Shown here in pieces: positions 53,367 through 64,000 of a stretch of 64,000 nt of DNA. The notes below the pieces were generated by a model. The model was not told where the DNA came from and ran no database searches. It saw nothing but the letters and a program-made list of their open reading frames with translations. Position numbers and translations under genes: made by a program. The stretch covers positions 13,718,414-13,782,413 of the forward strand of contig CM119263.1 of NCBI GenBank assembly GCA_051294375.1, written 5' to 3'. This stretch comes from Paraspadella gotoi (taxonomy: Eukaryota > Animalia > Chaetognatha). The stretch's first letter is position 1. Each line of letters starts with the position of its first letter.

Positions 53367-53653
53367 TCCAACGGTTGGCTTTAGAAAAATAAAAAAGCCA
53401 GAAAGAGACGGAGAAAGCGAGAATGAAAAGCATAAAAGGAGAAATTTAAAAGATAAAAAATTCTAGAAAAGCGTGAAACGTCCCTTTTATGTAAATCGAG
53501 CTTGATTTTGAATAATTTAAGGTTAATTATATCTTATTAACGTCGAAAAGAATGTCGAAGACAGAAAAAAAAAATCTAGTATCTGAATTAAATTTGTGCA
53601 ATTTCTGGAGTATCCGATGGCATTCCCAAGAGCGGCCCTTTCGCGGTTGCACG

Positions 53654-53691
<38 letters not shown>

Positions 53692-53710
53692 GAGAGAGAG
53701 ATGAGAGAGA

Positions 53711-53792
<82 letters not shown>

Positions 53793-54259
53793 CGACAAAA
53801 AAAGGTAAAAAAAATACTAATGCGTTTCTTTTGTTGAATATATATTATTAAAATACTACTCACAAAAACAAAAATAAATAAACTACTAATGCGCAGCATT
53901 GTATGATTATATATTATTAGAGTAAAACTAAATTAATAGAATAAAATAAAATAATGAATTATAATAGATTATGATGATGTAACTGTAATAGATAAATCTT
54001 TACCAACGACCAAACGAAAGTACTATGGTAAGAGTTAACGATAAAAAAACAAAACAACAAAGTAGTAGTGATAAACAATGTATCGATTCCATAAAACTTA
54101 ACAGAAAAAAAAATGGAGAGATAGAAAAAAGATAAGACAAAGTTGAAGTTGCTGACCTAGATGTCGTTAACTAAGACGACGCATCGATCCCGAGAACTTT
54201 TCGATTCGCGTCTCACGTGTTTTGTATCGATCTGATTTTTTGACGTCGACGTAACCGTC

Positions 54260-54485
54260 GGTTGACGCAGATGACGCAACTGATGATCAAGCTGACGAAA
54301 ATAATGTCAATGGAGATTTTACAGATGATATTAGAGATGATTTCACTGACGACATAGCAGATAATGTTTCAGATACAGTTGTAAATGATTAATAAAATAA
54401 TGTCGAAAATCATGTGGCAAAAATTGTTGCTGATGATGTCGCAGATGATGTCGCAGATGATGTCATAGATGATTTCGCAGATACT
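54260..54485. repeat. Degenerate 12-nt (GATGATGTCGCA-like) minisatellite
   Basis: Periodic gatga units, best preserved near 54432-54480. Confidence 0.55.
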
Positions 54486-55482
54486 ATTTGACATAAATTT
54501 CGAGAGAAAAAAAACAAAACCTCGGCATGGTTCTTTTCAAAAAAGAAAATTTTAGTACGAGGTTTGGCTGAATAAATTATAGAAAGAGGAAAGAGGAAAG
54601 AGGAAAGAGGAAAAAAAAAGGAAAAAAGGAGAAAAAGGAAAGGGGAATAAAAGAGAAAAATGGAAAAAAAGTTGTGAAGGGCAAAGGAGACGCACCAACT
54701 TAAAAGAAAGGAAAAGAGGAGAAAGAAAGCAATCAAGCAATTAAACTATCAAGCAAGAAAGGAAGCAAGAAAGCAAGCAAGGCAGAAAGGAAAGGAAGGA
54801 AGGAAGAAAAAAGGAAAAGGTAGAAAGGAGGATATAAAAGGAGAGGAAGGGAGAGGAGAGAATGATGACATCCCAGAGTGAATCTATAAAACCGGAACAT
54901 GCGACGCCGATGAGACTCTCATTGAGAGGTGACGAAATATCAGTTGGGAAGAACGAAATATACGGTTCCGTAAAACAGGAACGGCGCCGCCAAAATATCA
55001 AACTTACGGCGCCAAGAATTTTAAAACGACCTATGATTCGACATCGTTTATCCGTCCAAGACATTCGAGGAACGGAGGTCCGGGGGGTGGGAAAGCGGGG
55101 CGGGGGTGGGTTAAAGCCCAAATCGAATGAACGAGAGAGAGAGGAGGAGAGATGAGAGAGAGATTGACGAGAGAGAGAGAGGTAGAGACGAGAGAGAAGA
55201 AGAGAGAGAGAGAGAGAGAGAGTCAAATAGACAGAGAGCAAGTATTTAATACGTAACAATCCCAGGAAGTCTATCTTTACCACTCCAGTATTATGGAGGC
55301 TTTGTTTATTAAAAAAAGACGAAGATGATGACGAAGAAGAAACGAAGACGAAGAAAAATTTTTTTTCGCAAATTGACGAAAGGAAATCCAAGTTTTTCTT
55401 CCTCGCACAATCACCTCCCCTCCATTCCAGCCGTGGGGGGGCGTTAGGCCTCGAAAATAGCAGGTGAGTTCGAGTGGTTAAG

Positions 55483-55520
<38 letters not shown>

Positions 55521-55546
55521 TCCTTCCTCTCATCTCTCTCTCTCTC

Positions 55547-55604
<58 letters not shown>

Positions 55605-55670
55605 ACTCACTCACTGAAAACTCGGTCCAAAAAAAAAACGGAATTATGTATTTAATTATAAAAAGAGAGA

Positions 55671-55705
<35 letters not shown>

Positions 55706-55833
55706 GAGAGAGATTGACACGAAGCTCTAATGTATTCAGGGGAAGCAGCCTAGCGGCTGGAGAGAGCGAAAGAGGAGAGAGACGACTGGCGGAACGGGAA
55801 TGACGCCGACGACGACGACGACAACGACGACGC

Positions 55834-55869
<36 letters not shown>

Positions 55870-56095
55870 GTTTGGCCGGGGCACATACGCCCAGAGACGA
55901 AGGTACGCAGTTGGAGAGGGAGGAGAAGAAAAGCTAGGCGATCGGGAAATGAAAAGGAAACTACGTTTTTCCCCATTTTTTCCGACTTATTCCCGATCGC
56001 CATTTTAAAAAGTAGAGATGTAGGTTTTTCTTTTTAATCCAAAAGATTTTTCGATTTTACAGTTGCCAAAAATTTAGGCCGCCGTTCTAGAGCGT

Positions 56096-56213
<118 letters not shown>

Positions 56214-57353
56214 CACGACGCTGCGGACGACGCTTCAGCCGCGACGCCGCTTTCCGGCGTCGTCGCGCGCCCCGAATCACCAGCGGCGCGCCTCCGCCAC
56301 CAGACCGAAGAACGATTCCGGGGGGGAGCAGCGACGTCATCCGGAAGTGAGCTTTACTCTTTTACTCGACGACGATGGGGAAAAAGTAGTTTTACAATTA
56401 ATTCTCAAAGTTAGCAGATTATATTTTCTTTTGTCGTAAAGTCGTAAAGTCGTTACTTCTTTTTTCGATAATTTATCTTAGCAAAGTTCTGATGACGCCA
56501 TCGACTTCACTCTCAAGCGATTCCTCGAAAAATGGCATCAATTGCAATTGGTTGTATTCTCCTTATCTTCCTCCTCCTCTTTAGCCTCCTCCTCATCATG
56601 TTCCTCCTCCGTTTCCTCTCCTCCTCATCCTCGGAATCCAGGATCTCGTCTCGCGGTCTGGCTTCTGCAGCCTTGCATCAACGGTCTGGCGGAGGGAGGA
56701 GCGGGAATGAGACCCCAACGCGGCCTCAACCCGATCGGTACGCGTCTCGAACGCGGTCCCGCCGATAACGCGGCCCCGGGATCGGTTCTTATTCCCCCAG
56801 AATCTGACCCAAAGGTTTTCGCAGCCAAAAAAGCGACACTTTCTTTTGTCGCGAATGATAAAGACAATAAATGGAGAAGAAAAATAATTAACGAACAATT
56901 TTATCTTTGATTCCCTGAATTTATTTACCTCTCCCATTCAAGATTTGCTACTCGCTGTTTCCTAGGAAACTGGAAACCCCCCCCCAAAAAAAAATCTTTA
57001 AACTGGGTTTTCTTCCTTTTAAAAAAAAATTGAATGAAAATCGACCCGCCGGTTCTTCGACCAGAAAAAGAAACTTTAATTTATTTTGTTTTTTTTTAAA
57101 TGGCCGTAAAAAGGAGAAAGAAGAGAGGGGCGGATGAAGGAGAGAAAGAAAAAATAAGGAGGATGAAGAGGAGGATGAAAAATTGGAGAAAGAGAAAGAG
57201 AAGAAGGAAAGGGACAAGAACTGGAGATTCTCCAGGAAAGTGCAATAACGAACGACAACCACAAGGAAAAAAAATGAGGCGGCGTGAGCGGTGGCGGCGG
57301 TTCCGCTGCTGCGGTGGCCGTCGATTGAACGAAATGCGTGAGGGGCACAGCTA

Positions 57354-57439
<86 letters not shown>

Positions 57440-58748
57440 TTTATTCGTACCTCCAGTCCGTTTTATATTCTGGTGCAAGAAGAGAGAGGGATACCCAGAT
57501 ATTTGAGGCATTCCCGACAGAGACAACATTTTCCAGATCTCGTCGCGGGACAAAAAGATCGGAAGGCCAGAGGAAAAAAAGGACAAAGGACAACAGGTTC
57601 AGGGAGGACAAGGTAGATATAGAGAGGGAGGTTAAACTCATGACGAAAACCCGTTGCAGGTTGTTTAGGTTTGATCGGACGAGAAAAAAAATCGGCGAAC
57701 AGACGGATAAAATCTCAAACGCTTGAAAAGTTTCAAGGAAATTTAACAGAGATCAAATTGTTAACAAAAACGGAGCAAACATATAAATAAATAAATATAT
57801 ACATATTTTGCGATCGAGAAAGCGCAAACGATTAGTACAGTACGATTTGTACACGCCTTTCAAATTTAAAGATGACTGTCTTGCAGAAATCGAAGAGCGG
57901 AATTTGAAAAAATTTTCGCAAAAAAAAAAATCGTCGTAATTTTTACCGACAAGTGGTTGATGTCAATCACGCGTCTACCCCCCCCCCTCTCCTTTCGTCG
58001 TTTTCGACTTCGAATTAACAAACATATATTAATTTAATATTCTCCGCGCGGATTGAATGAGATACGTTTGTTTATATAAGTCGTAAGACTCATGAGGTTT
58101 TTTATCCCTTTTTGGTTTTCGGGGAAAAAAAATTTCCGACTTTTTTTTTAAGTTTTTGCTTCGCCGAAGAAAACCAGTCCGAACGCAATCATCGTCTGCT
58201 CGCGCGAGAATTAGGATAGACTTCGACAGGAGAGGTTTAGGGTTAACTTTTGATTGAGCGAATTGTACGAATCAGGATGGATTTTGACTGGAGCGATAAA
58301 GTTTGAAATTCTGCTGGAGCGATTAAGGCTGGAATGAAATACATGTGCAATTTGGTACAGAGCTTGACAGCAACGACGATGGATGTAGTAAAAAGATTTA
58401 AGTAAAAGATGCATAAATCAATTTTTTTTTTTTCAAAATTCGACCCAAACGTTACCTGCAGTTTTTTCTATTACAAATGAACGTTCGTTCACTTTAGTTT
58501 TGTAAAAAAACTAAAATTTCTTTGAAGCTAGAAATGAGTTTTGAAGTTTAAAAAATAAAGATAAAAATTTGCAGAGCTGAAAAGAAAAGTCAATAACGCG
58601 AAATATGTCGATGATTAAAGTAAAAACAAGCGGGATCGTTCTATGTAGGAAATCGTCCTCGTCCCATCGCAACAGCTGGGAGAATAACATGGGAGTTAAA
58701 CGAATTCTGATTGAAATTTAAACTCTCCTCTTCCTCTCTCTTATCTCT

Positions 58749-58783
<35 letters not shown>

Positions 58784-58815
58784 TCTCTTATCTCTCCTCA
58801 ATCTCTACCGTTCCT

Positions 58816-58897
<82 letters not shown>

Positions 58898-59690
58898 CTC
58901 TGAATCTCTCATTAAACGCGAAAAAACATTTTTTCAAACTGCAATCGAAAATCGCTTCTAGTCAGTCGCGCTCGCTCATGACCGGCGGAAAACGAGGCGT
59001 GAAAGGGGGAGAGGAAGGCGGCGGAGGGGGCGGGAAAATGAGGAAAGCGGGTGAAAGGGGGGTGCGTGGGGGAAGGGGAAGGAGAGGGGAAGGACGTAAG
59101 GGGACTTCAAGGTCGAAGGGGCCCGGTGCGGTGGTCGCGATAACACAGGGGGGAAACCGAGTCGATGTACCCTCGACCCAAGAAAAACCCAGACTGCGGG
59201 AAAAATCGATGTCTCTCTCTATCTCTATCGCTCACTCTTTCTCTCTCTCTCTCTCTTATTGTTTCTATTTCTCTCTCTCTCTCTGTTTCTCTCAGTTTCT
59301 CCGTTTCGCTCTCTCTTGCCCTCTCTCATTCATTTTCACTCTCTCTATAACTTTTTTTCAAAATGTTACAAAGTCTTTTTATATACATAGATGTTTCATA
59401 AAAAATAAAAAAAACTGACAGGTTCTGATTTAAAAAGTAACGACTACGATCGCTGATATACAACCGAAGGCAAATATTGATTTTTTCCACGACGTAAACT
59501 TCCTCGAGTTTATTGCAAGGACTGCAATGTATTTCATTCACGTCGAAATCGTCGCTGTCTGCATCACGCGACAGTCATCATTCCACGTGTCGCGACTCCC
59601 AACCCATGAAAATAAAATGAAAGGGAATTTTCGGTGCGAGAGATTAGCTCGACCATCTGTTGGTTCCCCCTGAAGTTCATTGCCCCTCAC

Positions 59691-59737
<47 letters not shown>

Positions 59738-60258
59738 AGATATTCATAAATAATAGATATTCGTAGGAGCGGAACGTTGATGAGGTAATCTGGAAAAGCA
59801 ATTAAAGATTTCGCACTTTTCAAAAAGTCAATGAGAAAATCTTCTCGTCGTTTTCTTTATCATGTCATGAAAAGATTGCCTCTGAAGAAATCATATCTTT
59901 TTTTAGTTTCCGTAACTTTGGTATCTTTTAATATAACGATAAAAAATAATGTATATATATATATATAAAATGAGCTTTTTTCTGATACAGCCTATTTCGA
60001 GCGTAATATGTTTATAAATAGCAGAGTGAGGATTTAAAGAAAAGCGATATACGAAAATATTCTTCTTCGAAATAAAAATTTTCAACTTTAAAATTGATTT
60101 TCTCTGTGTAAATAAATGTTTATTGATATAATATAGCTTAATACTAAAATCAAACGATGCATATATCAAAACCCCCAAAGTTTATATTAAGTATAGGGAT
60201 ATAAAAAAATTAAATAAAATAAAACATTATCATAATGTGATAAATGATTGTTTTCGTG

Positions 60259-60422
60259 AAATTTAGAATGCCAGATTTTCGTTTACATACTTCTTTTCAT
60301 TTCAACCTCACACCTGTATTTTTAATCGCATTTTAACAAATTTAGAATGCCAGATTTTCGTTTACATACTTCTTTTCATTTCAACCTCACATCTGTATTT
60401 TTAATCGCATTTTAACAAATTA
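60259..60422. repeat. 79-bp tandem duplication (two copies, one mismatch)
   Basis: aaatttagaatgccagattttcg...cattttaac repeated. Confidence 0.92.
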
Positions 60423-61494
60423 ATAGCTCATTGAAATAACGAAAAGCTAAATTTTTTCAGATTTATCATTTTTTCTACGCTATTGTGTTAAAGTGGTCAA
60501 AAGTTAGGCAAAAGTTTTTTGCGACTTGTTCATTTTCCAAGATGGTAAGTGATAAATTTTAATTCACCCTAGCAGCCTAATTTCGCTTCTCTTCATTTTT
60601 TCAATCGTCCACAAGAAGCAGCGGGAGAATATCCTTACCCTAAAAAAGATAGTCTCCCTACCAACTGTCGCCGCAACCGCCACCGACGCCGCAGCCGCTG
60701 CCGCTGCTCCCGAAGCTGAATTCCCCAGCCAAGAAAAATTGAAGGCGATTTTCCCCCTCCTCCTAATCGGCATTTGGAACGATTTACTGCACCCTCGCTT
60801 AAATTCGATAGTTATTTCATTCAAGAGCGAAAAAAAACCCCGGTTATTTGAGGCGAGGTTCGGGTCGACCGAGCTAACCGGCCACCCAGTAAATCCTACA
60901 TCTATTGAACGGTCTAGAAGATTTAATGTAACCCCTTTGTTCGACGAAAATTATGGCGTCCCATCGATTGTTACACAAAAAAAGAGCTTTCCCCCCCATT
61001 TTCAATGATTTTTTTTCCCCTTTTTTTTTTTCCAAATTGTTTTAGTATCTTTGTTGCGTTTTTTTTCCCCGAAATCGATTTGTTTTTACAGTTTAACCTC
61101 ATTCGTTACGCGCTATTTGAACCGAAAATTTACATAACATTACTTCTTTTTTTTTTTTTTTTTTTTTGAGCGGGTAAATTTCTCCTGATCACTTAATGAA
61201 ACATCTTTATTCGCAAAAGAAAAAAAAAGATTTAAAATAAAAATCTCCCCCCGCGCGAGACGAGATGCGATAAAATATTTTTACCTAAAAATAAAACCTT
61301 CAACGTCGACGATAAAATGTTGAAGGCTCAAACCCACATTTCGTCGGAGCCGCGTTGCATCTCTTTTCCAGCAAATAAAAACAATTCTCCACTAATCGTC
61401 CAACTTGCCATTTTTTCCCCCACGATTCAGCCTCTTTGATTTACCCCCTTCCTCTCTCTATTTTTTTTCTCTCTCTCTCTGTGTCTCAGTCACG

Positions 61495-61539
<45 letters not shown>

Positions 61540-61944
61540 GCTTTAAGTTTAAGACTGTTTCCTGCTGTTCTCCCACTTTTTTAACCTTCCATTCGACGCC
61601 ATTTTTTTTTTCAATGTTTCCTCTAATTTCTCTCAATTACTTCCTAAGGATTTCCATTCAACGCGCGTCTTTTCGGCAAAATAGGCTTGAACGTTGCAAA
61701 CACCAGACAGACTGACTGACTTATCACAAGGAAGAGGAATTTATGGAATAAAGATTTCTTGGATCGTGAGAAAATATTTTTATTTGGAAAAAGCTTGCAG
61801 CGACTTGAAATATGCAGAAGAAATTAAAACTCAACGAATAAATTAAATTAAAAATAAACGAAATGTAAATTATTTTTCTTAATTTAAGTTCGTTGTTAAT
61901 TTGTTTCTTTATAAGAATCGTTCTACCGTTCTTCCGTTCCATAT

Positions 61945-62055
61945 TTAGTTAGTTTATTAGTTAGTTCATTATTTAGTTAGTTTATTCGTTAGTTTGTTAG
62001 TTAGTTTATTAGTTAGTTTATTAGTTAGTTTGTTAGTTAAATTATTAGTTAGTTC
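61945..62055. repeat. (TTAG)/(TTTA) compound microsatellite
   Basis: Seen directly. Confidence 0.85.
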
Positions 62056-62694
62056 ATTCGTCGGGGCGTAACTGTTGCATTCACCATCGAAGGAGAAAAG
62101 AAAAAAAAATCGAGGAAAATCTAAATTTGATGAAATCTCGATCCCACGAAAAAAATGGGGAAAAAATCGACGGGGTTAATGTGAGGGGAAATGGAGGTCG
62201 AAATGGTGGAAAGTGGGTGAGGTGGAGGAGTTGAGGGGGGAAAAGGGGGGAAAGGGGAAACATTAAAGGGAAATGTGGTTGCTATTCCGTTGGCGACAGT
62301 CTTGTTTTTTTATGCCTGTGATAAATATTGAAGAGAGATGATCATCGTCACGATACCGGTGATTGTGATAGCGACATCAATTTTACACTTGCAGTTTCTT
62401 AAAAGCGTAAAAATTCCCGTCGGTCGGAGTATCTCTTCTTCGTAGTAAAATCGGAAACGCGACGAGACCAGAGCCACGCCCACGACACGACTCGTTACGG
62501 GTCAAAAGACGCGACATCGTCGATGATGGCGAGACCGTCACGGTTTTTGTGACGTCACACACCTCACCCTCCCCGATTAGCCCTAAGTCAAGGGTCGAAT
62601 AATAAATATGAAAATTCTATTTATAACATGAGGCGGACGACAAGGATTCTGAAGAGTGAAGTCTGTCCTTGTTTCTCTCTCTTCAGTCTCTCTC

Positions 62695-62710
62695 NNNNNN
62701 NNNNNNNNNN
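62695..62710. other. Assembly gap (N)
   Basis: Run of N. Confidence 1.
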
Positions 62711-63283
62711 TTTTTTAATGCTTTACATTTTACAAGCTTAATTCTTTTTTTGATAAGCTCATCTAATATTACATTAAAAATCGAAATTCTATCCTCAGGA
62801 AAAAAAATAAGAGGAGGAAAAAAAACTCTTCATGAGGAAACAAAAAAATCTCCAATCTGCCTCATTTGTTTCCTGAATTTTTATTATCCACCTCTTTTAT
62901 TTGTATTTTTATTATCCGTTTTTTTTTGTGGTTTTTTTTTACATTTTCCCGTCCAACCTTTCCCCATTCTTCTAAAAAGGTTAAAGTTTCAATAAAAACA
63001 CCATTACTACATCGGTCGCATAAAACAATTCAATATGACTTTTAGCTGTAAAACTTAGTCAGTCCAAAATATAAAAAATATATTAAAAAGACTCAAATTT
63101 TTTTTCGTTGAGTTTTTTTTTTTTCATTTTGGAATGTGATGAATCGAAAGCCGAAAGGGAGATGAAGACGACGGTTTATAATCGTCACTGAGATGCTAAA
63201 CCAATAAAATTCCAAGTTCCAACGCCCGGAGGTTCGAATTATCTCTACTTCACTCTTTTCTTACTGACTTTCTGACGAGAGAG

Positions 63284-63541
63284 NNNNNNNNNNNNNNNNN
63301 NNNNNNNNNNNNNNNNNNNNNNNNNNNNNNNNNNNNNNNNNNNNNNNNNNNNNNNNNNNNNNNNNNNNNNNNNNNNNNNNNNNNNNNNNNNNNNNNNNNN
63401 NNNNNNNNNNNNNNNNNNNNNNNNNNNNNNNNNNNNNNNNNNNNNNNNNNNNNNNNNNNNNNNNNNNNNNNNNNNNNNNNNNNNNNNNNNNNNNNNNNNN
63501 NNNNNNNNNNNNNNNNNNNNNNNNNNNNNNNNNNNNNNNNN
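63284..63541. other. Assembly gap (N)
   Basis: Run of N. Confidence 1.
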
Positions 63542-63543
63542 AC

Positions 63544-63575
<32 letters not shown>

Positions 63576-64000
63576 TGACGCCGAAAACGACGTCGAGGAG
63601 GAGGAGAACGTGTCGAAGCTGACTCGGTGTGAAAATTCGTGAATCACCCCGAATCGCGTGAACTCGAAAAGAATCTCTCTCACCCTCAAAAATTTGGGAA
63701 AACCGCAAAATCGATTTTTAGTAATAAAAAAAGTTCAAGGATAAAATAATGTCTCGACGTGATGTCAAGGAAATGTAAACAGATATAAGCGAAATTTTTC
63801 CTGTCGAGTGTCTTGCAACTAAACGGTTTATCTTGCTGCCAAAATAAAAATTCAATTGGTTAATATTTAGTAATATTTACTTCGATCAATTTCAGTTTTC
63901 AGAGTAATATTATGACCCAATATAGTACAGGGACGTATCAGCTGAAATCGGTTTGAGAAGTGATGGAAAAATGTGAGACTCGCCGATTTCCCATTCGGAT

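Noticed and set aside
54260-54391. Asp-rich plus-strand reading frame
   Set aside because: Short, stop-terminated and explained by a degenerate 12-nt minisatellite
60259-60422. CRISPR-like or functional repeat array
   Set aside because: Simple two-copy tandem duplication with no spacers, in eukaryotic DNA
61945-62055. Telomeric repeat
   Set aside because: Units are TTAG/TTTA, not the arthropod TTAGG

Overview
Eukaryotic, AT-rich and (GA)n-rich genomic DNA, most likely arthropod (MFM inactivation motif, para-like linkers). The window holds one complete minus-strand voltage-gated sodium channel gene of the para/Nav1 type. I reconstructed it by hand from ATG at 39581 to TAG at 1869. A reference path of 28 coding exons gives 6561 nt (2186 aa) with consistent intron phases, an intact DEKA filter, the MFM gate and an IQ motif. 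The main discovery is an expanded mutually exclusive exon (MXE) system with four tandem-duplicated cassettes: DI S3-S4 (2 x 92 nt), DI S5-P turret (2 x 61 nt), DIII S1-S3 (3 x 174 nt) and DIII S3-S4 (2 x 123 nt). These give 24 combinations. Candidate exclusion mechanisms are visible in the sequence: branch points too close to the upstream donor, frame-shifting exon lengths and splice-site-adjacent inverted repeats. Other observations are an AT-AC intron overlapped by a shifted GT-AG register, a 459-nt proline-rich linker exon, several candidate micro-exons, a Tc1 transposase remnant, a perfect 19-bp intronic hairpin and Helitron-like termini. The 40-64 kb region shows no convincing protein-coding gene. 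It contains microsatellites, promoter-motif clusters, candidate 5' UTR donors and two assembly gaps. All splicing statements are predictions and need RNA evidence.
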